The notes below the pieces were generated by a model, which saw nothing but the letters and a program-made list of their open reading frames with translations, was not told the DNA's origin and made no database searches. Of a stretch of DNA of 54,173 nt, positions 1-14,360 are shown piece by piece. The first letter of the stretch is position 1. Each line of letters opens with the position of its first letter. A program made the translations under genes and the position numbers. The DNA lies in NCBI GenBank assembly GCA_964016885.1, contig CAXHJY010000707.1, forward strand, positions 1 through 54,173. The letters are read 5' to 3'. This stretch comes from Eledone cirrhosa. Taxonomy: Eukaryota.

Positions 1-3000
1 CATAATCACCAACACACCACAATCATCATCATCATAATCACCAACACACAACAATCATCATCATCATCATAATCTCCAACACACCACAATCATCATCATC
101 ATCATAATCACCAACACGCCACAATCATCATCATCATCATAATCACCAACACACCACAATCATCATCATCATAATCACCAACACGCCACAATCATCATCA
201 TCATCATAATCACCAACACACCACAATCATCATCATCATCATCATAATCTCCAACACACCACAATCATCATCATCATCATAATCACCAACACACCACAAT
301 CATCATCATCATCATCATAATCAGCAACACACCACAATCATCATCATCATAATCACCAACACACCACAATCATCATCATCATCATAATCTCCAACACACC
401 ACAATCATCATCATTATCATAATCACCAACACACCACAATCATCATCATCATCATAATCACCAACACGCCACAATCATCATCATCATCATAATCACCAAC
501 ACACCACAATCATCATCATCATCATAATCTCCAACACACCACAATCATCATCATCATCATAATCACTAACACACCACAATCATCATCATCATAATCACCA
601 ACACACCACAATCATCATCATCATCATAATCACCAACACACCACAATCATCATCATCATAATCACCAACACACCACAATCATCATCATCATCATAATCTC
701 CAACACACCACAATCATCATCATCATCATAATCACCAACACACCACAATCATCATCATCATCATAATCTCCAACACACCACAATCATCATCATCATAATC
801 TCCAACACACCACAATCATCATCATCATCATAATCACCAACACACCACAATCATCATCATCATCATAATCACCAACACACCACAATCATCATCATCATCA
901 TAATCACCAACACACCACAATCATCATCATCATAATCACCAACACACCACAATCATCATCATCATCATAATCTCCAACACACCACAATCATCATCATCAT
1001 CATAATCACCAACACACCACAATCATCATCATCATCATAATCACCAACACACCACAATCATCATCATCATCATAATCACCAACACACCACAATCATCATC
1101 ATCATCATCATAATCACCAACACACCACAATCATCATCATCATCATAATCACCAACACACCACAATCATCATCATCATAATCACCAACACACCACAATCA
1201 TCATCATCATCATAATCACCAACACACCACAATCATCATCATCATCATAATCACCAACACACCACAATCATCATCATCATCATAATCACCAACACACCAC
1301 AATCATCATCATCATCATAATCTCCAACACACCACAATCATCATCATCATCATAATCACCAACACACCACAATCATCATCATCATCATAATCACCAACAC
1401 GCCACAATCATCATCATCATCATAATCACCAACACACCACAATCATCATCATCATAATCACCAACACGCCACAATCATCATCATCATAATCACCAACACA
1501 CCACAATCATCATCATCATCATAATCTCCAACACACCACAATCATCATCATAATCACCAACACACCACAATCATCATCATCATCATAATCACCAACACAC
1601 CACAATCATCATCATCATAATCACCAACACACCACAATCATCATCATCATCATAATCTCCAACACACCACAATCATCATCATCATCATAATCACCAACAC
1701 ACCACAATCATCATCATCATAATCACCAACACACCACAATCATCATCATCATCATAATCACCAACACACCACAATCATCATCATCATAACTCACCAACAC
1801 ACCACAATCATCATCATCATCATAATCACCAACACCCACAATCATCATCATCATCATAATCACCACACACCACAATCATCATCATCATCATAATCTCCAA
1901 CACACCACAATCATCATCATCATCATAATCACCAACACACCACAATCATCATCATCATAATCACCAACACACCACAATCATCATCATCATCATAATCACC
2001 AACACACCACAATCATCATCATAATCACCAACACACCACAATCATCATCATCATCATAATCACCAACACACCACAATCATCATCATCATCATAATCTCCA
2101 ACACACCACAATCATCATCATCATCATAATCACCAACACACCACAATCATCATCATCATCATAATCACCAACACCCACAATCATCATCATCATCATAATC
2201 ACCAACACACCACAATCATCATCATCATAATCACCAACACGCCACAATCATCATCATCATCATAATCACCAACACACCACAATCATCATCATCATCATCA
2301 TAATCTCCAACACACCACAATCATCATCATCATAATCACCAACACACCACAATCATCATCATCATCATAATCACCAACACCCACAATCATCATCATCATC
2401 ATAATCACCAACACACCACAATCATCATCATCATCATAATCACCAACACACCACAATCATCATCATCATCATAATCACCAACACACCACAATCATCATCA
2501 TCATCATCATAATCTCCAACACACCACAATCATCATCATCATCATAATCACCAACACACCACAATCATCATCATCATCATAATCACCAACACACCACAAT
2601 CATCATCATCATCATAATCACCAACACACCACAATCATCATCATCATCATAATCACCAACACACCACAATCATCATCATCATCATAATCTCCAACACACC
2701 ACAATCATCATCATCATCATAATCACCAACACACCACAATCATCATCATCATCAAAATCACCAACACACCACAATCATCATCATCATCATAACAACAACA
2801 CCACCCCACAATCATCATCATCATCATAATCACCAACACACCACAATCATCATCATCATCATAATCACCAACACACCACAATCATCATCATCATCATAAT
2901 CTCCAACACACCACAATCATCATCATCATCATAATCACCAACACACCACAATCATCATCATCATAATCACCAACACACCACAATCATCATCATCATCATA

Positions 3001-6000
3001 ATCACCAACACACCACAATCATCATCATCATAATCACCAACACACCACAATCATCATCATCATCATAATCTCCAACACACCACAATCATCATCATCATCA
3101 TAATCACCAACACACCACAATCATCATCATCATCATAATCTCCAACACACCACAATCATCATCATCATAATCTCCAACACACCACAATCATCATCATCAT
3201 CATAATCACCAACACACCACAATCATCATCATCATCATAATCACCAACACACCACAATCATCATCATCATCATCATAATCACCAACACACCACAATCATC
3301 ATCATCATAATCACCAACACACCACAATCATCATCATCATCATAATCTCCAACACACCACAATCATCATCATCATCATAATCACCAACACACCACAATCA
3401 TCATCATCATCATAATCACCAACACCCACAATCATCATCATCATCATAATCACCAACACACCACAATCATCATCATCATCATCATAATCTCCAACACACC
3501 ACAATCATCATCATCATCATAATCACCAACACACCACAATCATCATCATCATAATCACCAACACACCACAATCATCATCATCATCATAATCACCAACACA
3601 CCACAATCATCATCATCATAATCACCAACACACCACAATCATCATCATCATCATAATCTCCAACACACCACAATCATCATCATCATCATAATCACCAACA
3701 CACCACAATCATCATCATCATCATAATCACCAACACACCACAATCATCATCATCATAATCTCCAACACACCACAATCATCATCATCATCATAATCACCAA
3801 CACACCACAATCATCATCATCATCATAATCACCAACACACCACAATCATCATCATCATCATAATCTCCAACACACCACAATCATCATCATCATCATAATC
3901 TCCAACACACCACAATCATCATCATCATCATAATCACCAACACACCACAATCATCATCATCATCATAATCACCAACACACCACAATCATCATCATCATCA
4001 TAATCACCAACACACCACAATCATCATCATCATAATCTCCAACACACCACAATCATCATCATCATCATAATCACCAACACACCACAATCATCATCATCAT
4101 CATAATCACCAACACACCACAATCATCATCATCATCATAATCTCCAACACACCACAATCATCATCATCATCATAATCTCCAACACACCACAATCATCATC
4201 ATCATCATAATCACCAACACACCACAATCATCATCATCATCATAATCACCAACACACCACAATCATCATCATCATCATAATCACCAACACACCACAATCA
4301 TCATCATCATCATAATCTCCAACACACCACAATCATCATCATCATCATAATCACCAACACACCACAATCATCATCATCATAATCTCCAACACACCACAAT
4401 CATCATCATCATCATAATCACCAACACACCACAATCATCATCATCATCATAATCACCAACACACCACAATCATCATCATCATCATAATCACCAACACACC
4501 ACAATCATCATCATCATCATAATCTCCAACACACCACAATCATCATCATCATCATAATCTCCAACACACCACAATCATCATCATCATCATAATCACCAAC
4601 ACACCACAATCATCATCATCATAATCACCAACACACCACAATCATCATCATCATCATAATCTCCAACACACCACAATCATCATCATCATAATCACCAACA
4701 CCCACAATCATCATCATCATCATAATCACCAACACACCACAATCATCATCATCATCATAATCACCAACACACCACAATCATCATCATCATCATAATCTCC
4801 AACACACCACAATCATCATCATCATCATAATCTCCAACACACCACAATCATTATCATCATCATAATCACCAACACACCACAATCATCATCATCATCATAA
4901 TCACCAACACACCACAATCATCATCATCATCATAATCTCCAACACACCACAATCATCATCATCATAATCACCAACACCCACAATCATCATCATCATCATA
5001 ATCACCAACACACCACAATCATCATCATCATCATAATCTCCAACACACCACAATCATCATCATCATAATCACCAACACCCACAATCATCATCATCATCAT
5101 CATAATCTCCAACACACCACAATCATCATCATCATCATAATCTCCAACACACCACAATCATCATCATCATAATCACCAACACGCCACAATCATCATCATC
5201 ATCATCATAATCACCAACACACCACAATCATCATCATCATCATAATCTCCAACACACCACAATCATCATCATCATCATCATAATCACCAACACACCACAA
5301 TCATCATCATAATCACCAACACCCACAATCATCATCATCATCATCATAATCACCAACACACCACAATCATCATCATAATCACCAACACGCCACAATCATC
5401 ATCATCATCATCATAATCACCAACACACCACAATCATCATCATCATCATAATCTCCAACACACCACAATCATCATCATCATCATAATCACCAACACACCA
5501 CAATCATCATCATCATCATAATCTCCAACACACCACAATCATCATCATCATCATAATCTCCAACACACCACAATCATCATCATCATCATAATCACCAACA
5601 CGCCACAATCATCATCATCATCATCATAATCACCAACACACCACAATCATCATCATCATCATAATCACCAACACGCCACAATCATCATCATCATCATCAT
5701 AATCACCAACACACCACAATCATCATCATCATCATAATCACCAACACGCCACAATCATCATCATCATCATAATCACCAACACACCACAATCATCATCATC
5801 ATCATAATCTCCAACACACCACAATCATCATCATCATCATAATCACCAACACGCCACAATCATCATCATCATCATCATAATCACCAACACACCACAATCA
5901 TCATCATCATCATAATCACCAACACACCACAATCATCATCATCATCATAATCTCCAACACACCACAATCATCATCATCATCATAATCACCAACACGCCAC

Positions 6001-9000
6001 AATCATCATCATCATCATCATAATCACCAACACACCACAATCATCAACATCATCATAATCTCCAACACACCACAATCATCATCATCATCATAATCACCAA
6101 CACGCCACAATCATCATCATCATCATCATAATCACCAACACACCACAATCATCATCATCATCATAATCTCCAACACACCACAATCATCATCATCATCATA
6201 ATCTCCAACACACCACAATCATCATCATCATCATAATCTCCAACACACCACAATCATCATCATCATCATAATCACCAACACGCCACAATCATCATCATCA
6301 TCATCATAATCACCAACACACCACAATCATCATCATCATCATAATCACCAACACGCCACAATCATCATCATCATCATCATAATCTCCAACACACCACAAT
6401 CATCATCATCATCATAATCACCAACACACCACAATCATCATCATCATCATAATCTCCAACACACCACAATCATCATCATCATCATAATCTCCAACACACC
6501 ACAATCATCATCATCATCATAATCTCCAACACACCACAATCATCATCATCATCATAATCACCAACACGCCACAATCATCATCATCATCATCATAATCACC
6601 AACACACCACAATCATCATCATCATCATAATCACCAACACGCCACAATCATCATCATCATCATCATAATCACCAACACACCACAATCATCATCATCATCA
6701 TAATCACCAACACACCACAATCATCATCATCATCATCATAATCACCAACACACCACAATCATCATCATCATCATAATCTCCAACACACCACAATCATCAT
6801 CATCATCATAATCTCCAACACACCACAATCATCATCATCATCATAATCTCCAACACACCACAATCATCATCATCATCATAATCACCAACACGCCACAATC
6901 ATCATCATCATCATCATAATCACCAACACACCACAATCATCATCATCATCATAATCACCAACACGCCACAATCATCATCATCATCATCATAATCTCCAAC
7001 ACACCACAATCATCATCATCATCATAATCACCAACACGCCACAATCATCATCATCATCATCATAATCTCCAACACACCACAATCATCATCATCATCATAA
7101 TCTCCAACACACCACAATCATCATCATCATCATAATCACCAACACACCACAATCATCATCATCATCATAATCTCCAACACACCACAATCATCATCATCAT
7201 CATAATCTCCAACACACCACAATCATCATCATCATCATAATCACCAACACCCACAATCATCATCATCATCATCATAATCACCAACACACCACAATCATCA
7301 TCATAATCACCAACACACCACAATCATCATCATCATCATAATCACCAACACACCACAATCATCATCATCATCATAATCACCAACACACCACAATCATCAT
7401 CATCATCATAATCACCAACACACCACAATCATCATCATCATCATAATCACCAACACACCACAATCATCATCATCATCATAATCACCAACACACCACAATC
7501 ATCATCATCATCATAATCACCAACACACCACAATCATCATCATCATCATAATCACCAACACACCACAATCATCATCATCATCATAATCACCAACACACCA
7601 CAATCATCATCATCATCATAATCACCAACAGACCACAATCATCATCATCATCATAATCACCAACAGACCACAATCATCATCATCATCATAATCACCAACA
7701 CACCACAATCATCATCATCATCATCATAATCTCCAACACACCACAATCATCATCATCATCATAATCACCAACACACCACAATCATCATCATCATCATAAT
7801 CTCCAACACACCACAATCATCATCATCATCATAATCTCCAACACACCACAATCATCATCATCATCATAATCACCAACACACCACAATCATCATCATCATC
7901 ATAATCTCCAACACACCACAATCATCATCATCATCATAATCACCAACACACCACAATCATCATCATCATCATAATCTCCAACACACCACAATCATCATCA
8001 TCATCATAATCACCAACACACCACAATCATCATCATCATCATAATCACCAACACACCACAATCATCATCATCATCATCATAATCTCCAACACACCACAAT
8101 CATCATCATCATCATAATCTCCAACACACCACAATCATCATCATCATAATCACCAACACGCCACAATCATCATCATCATCATCATAATCACCAACACACC
8201 ACAATCATCATCATCATCATAATCTCCAACACACCACAATCATCATCATCATCATCATAATCACCAACACACCACAATCATCATCATAATCACCAACACG
8301 CCACAATCATCATCATCATCATCATAATCACCAACACACCACAATCATCATCATAATCACCAACACTCCACAATCATCATCATCATCATCATAATCACCA
8401 ACACACCACAATCATCATCATCATCATAATCTCCAACACACCACAATCATCATCATCATCATAATCACCAACACACCACAATCATCATCATCATCATAAT
8501 CTCCAACACACCACAATCATCATCATCATCATAATCTCCAACACACCACAATCATCATCATCATCATAATCACCAACACACCACAATCATCATCATCATC
8601 ATCATAATCACCAACACACCACAATCATCATCATCATCATAATCACCAACACGCCACAATCATCATCATCATCATCATAATCACCAACACACCACAATCA
8701 TCATCATCATCATAATCACCAACACGCCACAATCACATCATCATCATCATAATCACCAACACACCACAATCATCATCATCATCATAATCTCCAACACACC
8801 ACAATCATCATCATCATCATAGTCACCAACACACCACAATCATCATCATCATCATAATCTCCAACACACCACAATCATCATCATCATCATAATCACCAAC
8901 ACACCACAATCATCATCATCATCATAATCTCCAACACACCACAATCATCATCATCATCATAATCTCCAACACACCACAATCATCATCATCATCATAATCA

Positions 9001-12000
9001 CCAACACACCACAATCATCATCATCATCATAATCACCAACACACCACAATCATCATCATCATCATAATCTCCAACACACCACAATCATCATCATCATCAT
9101 AGTCACCAACACACCACAATCATCATCATCATCATAATCACCAACAGACCACAATCATCATCATCATCATAATCACCAACACACCACAATCATCATCATC
9201 ATCATAATCACCAACACACCACAATCATCATCATCATCATAATCTCCAACACACCACAATCATCATCATCATCATAATCTCCAACACACCACAATCATCA
9301 TCATCATCATAATCACCAACACACCACAATCATCATCATCATCATAATCACCAACACACCACAATCATCATCATCATCATAATCACCAACACACCACAAT
9401 CATCATCATCATAATCTCCAACACACCACAATCATCATCATCATCATAATCACCAACACACCACAATCATCATCATCATCATAATCACCAACACACCACA
9501 ATCATCATCATCATCATCATAATCTCCAACACACCACAATCATCATCATCATCATAATCTCCAACACACCACAATCATCATCATCATCATAATCACCAAC
9601 ACACCACAATCATCATCATCATCATAATCACCAACACACCACAATCATCATCATCATCATAATCACCAACACACCACAATCATCATCATCATCATAATCA
9701 CCAACACACCACAATCATCATCATCATCATAATCACCAACACACCACAATCATCATCATCATCATAATCACCAACACACCACAATCATCATCATCATCAT
9801 AATCACCAACAGACCACAATCATCATCATCATCATAATCTCCAACACACCACAATCATCATCATCATCATAATCACCAACACACCACAATCATCATCATC
9901 ATCATCATAATCTCCAACACACCACAATCATCATCATCATCATAATCACCAACACACCACAATCATCATCATCATCATAATCTCCAACACACCACAATCA
10001 TCATCATCATCATAATCACCAACACACCACAATCATCATCATCATCATAATCTCCAACACACCACAATCATCATCATCATCATAATCTCCAACACACCAC
10101 AATCATCATCATCATCATAATCTCCAACACACCACAATCATCATCATCATAATCACCAACACACCACAATCATCATCATCATCATAATCACCAACACACC
10201 ACAATCATCATCATCATCATAATCTCCAACACACCACAATCATCATCATCATCATAATCACCAACACACCACAATCATCATCATCATCATAATCTCCAAC
10301 ACACCACAATCATCATCATCATCATAATCACCAACAGACCACAATCATCATCATCATCATAATCACCAACACACCACAATCATCATCATCATCATAATCT
10401 CCAACACACCACAATCATCATCATCATCATAATCACCAACACACCACAATCATCATCATCATCATAATCTCCAACACACCACAATCATCATCATCATCAT
10501 AATCACCAACACACCACAATCATCATCATCATCATAATCTCCAACACACCACAATCATCATCATCATCATAATCACCAACACACCACAATCATCATCATC
10601 ATCATAATCACCAACACACCACAATCATCATCATCATCATAATCACCAACACACCACAATCATCATCATCATCATAATCTCCAACACACCACAATCATCA
10701 TCATCATCATAATCTCCAACACACCACAATCATCATCATCATCATAATCACCAACACACCACAATCATCATCATCATCATAATCACCAACACACCACAAT
10801 CATCATCATCATCATAATCACCAACACACCACAATCATCATCATCATAATCTCCAACACACCACAATCATCATCATCATCATAATCACCAACACACCACA
10901 ATCATCATCATCATCATAATCACCAACACACCACAATCATCATCATCATCATCATAATCTCCAACACACCACAATCATCATCATCATCATAATCTCCAAC
11001 ACACCACAATCATCATCATCATCATAATCACCAACACACCACAATCATCATCATCATCATAATCACCAACACACCACAATCATCATCATCATCATAATCT
11101 CCAACACACCACAATCATCATCATCATCATAATCACCAACACACCACAATCATCATCATCATCATAATCACCAACACACCACAATCATCATCATCATAAT
11201 CTCCAACACACCACAATCATCATCATCATCATAATCACCAACACACCACAATCATCATCATCATCATAATCTCCAACACACCACAATCATCATCATCATC
11301 ATAATCTCCAACACACCACAATCATCATCATCATCATAATCACCAACACACCACAATCATCATCATCATCATAATCACCAACACACCACAATCATCATCA
11401 TCATCATAATCACCAACACACCACAATCATCATCATCATAATCTCCAACACACCACAATCATCATCATCATCATAATCACCAACACACCACAATCATCAT
11501 CATCATCATAATCACCAACACACCACAATCATCATCATCATCATCATAATCTCCAACACACCACAATCATCATCATCATCATAATCTCCAACACACCACA
11601 ATCATCATCATCATCATAATCACCAACACACCACAATCATCATCATCATCATAATCACCAACACACCACAATCATCATCATCATCATAATCTCCAACACA
11701 CCACAATCATCATCATCATCATAATCACCAACACACCACAATCATCATCATCATCATAATCACCAACACACCACAATCATCATCATCATAATCTCCAACA
11801 CACCACAATCATCATCATCATCATAATCACCAACACACCACAATCATCATCATCATCATAATCACCAACACACCACAATCATCATCATAATCACCAACAC
11901 ACCACAATCATCATCATCATCATAATCACCAACACACCACAATCATCATCATCATCATAATCACCAACAGACCACAATCATCATCATCATCATAATCACC

Positions 12001-13548
12001 AACAGACCACAATCATCATCATCATCATCATAATCTCCAACACACCACAATCATCATCATCATCATAATCACCAACAGACCACAATCATCATCATCATCA
12101 TAATCACCAACACACCACAATCATCATCATCATCATCATAATCTCCAACACACCACAATCATCATCATCATCATAATCACCAACACACCACAATCATCAT
12201 CATCATCATCATAATCTCCAACACACCACAATCATCATCATCATCATAATCACCAACACACCACAATCATCATCATCATCATCATAATCTCCAACACACC
12301 ACAATCATCATCATCATCATCATAATCACCAAAACACCACAATCATCATCATCATCATCATAATCTCCAACACACCACAATCATCATCATCATCATAATC
12401 ACCAACACACCACAATCATCATCATCATCATCATAATCTCCAACACACCACAATCATCATCATCATCATAATCACCAACACACCACAATCATCATCATCA
12501 TCATAATCACCAACACACCACAATCATCATCATCATCATAATCACCAACACACCACAATCATCATCATCATCATAATCACCAACACACCACAATCATCAT
12601 CATCATCATAATCACCAACACACCACAATCATCATCATCATCATAATCACCAACACACCACAATCATCATCATCATCATAATCACCAACACACCACAATC
12701 ATCATCATCATAATCACCAACACACCACAATCATCATCATCATCATAATCTCCAACACACCACAATCATCATCATCATCATAATCACCAACACACCACAA
12801 TCATCATCATCATCATAATCACCAACACACCACAATCATCATCATCATCATAATCACCAACACACCACAATCATCATCATCATCATCATAATCTCCAACA
12901 CACCACAATCATCATCATCATCATAATCACCAACACACCACAATCATCATCATCATCATAATCACCAACACACCACAATCATCATCATCATCATAATCAC
13001 CAACACACCACAATCATCATCATCATCATCATAATCTCCAACACACCACAATCATCATCATCATCATAATCACCAACACACCACAATCATCATCATCATC
13101 ATAATCACCAACACACCACAATCATCATCATCATAATCACCAACACACCACAATCATCATCATCATCATAATCACCAACACACCACAATCATCATCATCA
13201 TCATAATCACCAACACACCACAATCATCATCATCATAATCACCAACACACCACAATCATCATCATCATAATCACCAGCACACCACAATCATCATCATCAT
13301 CATCATAATCACCAACACACCACAATCATCATCATCATCATAATCTCCAACGCACAACAATCATCATCATCATCATAATCACCAACACACCACAATCATC
13401 ATCATCATCATAATCTCCAACGCACAACAATCATCATCATCATCATAATCACCAACACACAACAATCATCATCATCATCATAATCTCCAACGCACAACAA
13501 TCATCATCGTCATAATCACCAACACACAACAATCATCATCATCGTCAT
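1..13548. repeat. Minisatellite array, unit AATC(A/T)CCAACACACCACAAT(CAT)n, mostly 35 bp (29/32/35/38)
   Basis: Seen directly: a 20-bp core plus mostly 3-6 CAT triplets repeated without interruption. The + strand has almost no G. The array ends at ...catcgtcata|ttttctctg and runs off the left edge of the window. Confidence 0.99.
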
Positions 13549-13759
13549 ATTTTCTCTGCTAAAATTAAAGTGTGACAGCACTGGAAGCTTTTCTTCTGTA
13601 GAAGAATATTTTCTGAGTCACTGGCAGACCGTTGGTGGAACAATAACACATATGGAAACCTCTACAAAGTTTCATGACCTGCCAGATATAGTAACCAAAT
13701 CACATACACACCACACATCATGAATGGTATGATGACCAGGAGGGTGATGATGATATGGT

Positions 13760-13860
13760 ACTGGCATGGCTGAGTGGTTAAGAAGTTTGCTTTACAATCA
13801 TTAAGTCTTTGGTTTAATCCCACTGAGTAGAATCTTAGGAGAGTATTTTTCTTTGCCATA
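13760..13860 (+). mobile_element. Degenerate tRNA-derived SINE head
   Basis: TGGCTGAGTGGTTAAG (A-box-like) and GGTTTAATCCC (B-box-like). Similar to the copy at 32328-32450. Confidence 0.65.
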
Positions 13861-13881
13861 CTATAAAAGAAACTTTATTAA

Positions 13882-14109
13882 CCTTTTAGCATTTAACCAG
13901 CTGTATCTGGGCAGAATTCTCTCACCACTTTTTCTTCAAACTGGCTGTAACCGGCCGCTCATACTGATGTTAAGGTATTGTTCTTAAAATAAATAATATC
14001 AAAATCTCATTCGATATTATGCGAGATATTATATATGATAATTATGTGAGGTAAATCCTTTATCGTGAAAATATAATAGTAAATATAGAGTAATGTAAAT
14101 GCTAAAGGG
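13882..14109. mobile_element. piggyBac-like MITE (family A) with TTAA target duplication
   Basis: TTAA at 13878-81 and 14110-13. TIRs CCTTTTAGCATTTA / TAAATGCTAAAGGG (1 mismatch). An inverted second copy lies at 40734-40909 and a paralogous empty site near 37435. Confidence 0.85.
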
Positions 14110-14360
14110 TTAAAAATTATTTTATATCGACAAAAAGATTACTTACTTAAAAGGATGGATATATATAATTGTTCTTTATCCAGAGAGAATTAATCGAATG
14201 AAATAGGGAAAAAAAATTGAAATTTGCTGCTGACACCTATGTGTGTTTAGGTGGCATCCTATGAAGCTGCATCTCATAGGTGGTTTCTTAAGTGTTATAA
14301 TGATAGCAGCCCCAATCTTATGTTGTTATTGCTACAGTTTACATCTCTCTCTATCTATAT

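Noticed and set aside
1-13548. His-rich coding repeat or CRISPR-like array
   Set aside because: The 35-bp unit shifts frame and contains TAA on + and TGA on -. There are no unique spacers and no cas genes.
13530-13600. Origin of the satellite from an RTE/SINE (GAT)n tail
   Set aside because: No retroelement 3' end (e.g. CGTTTAACGTCCG) adjoins the right boundary, and the left boundary is outside the window.
13760-13860. tRNA gene
   Set aside because: A/B-box-like motifs only, with no cloverleaf. It matches SINE heads elsewhere in the window.
14243-14360. N-terminus of the 573-aa ORF as a real protein start
   Set aside because: It is chance read-through from flanking DNA. The LINE begins at ~14361, after the candidate TSD.
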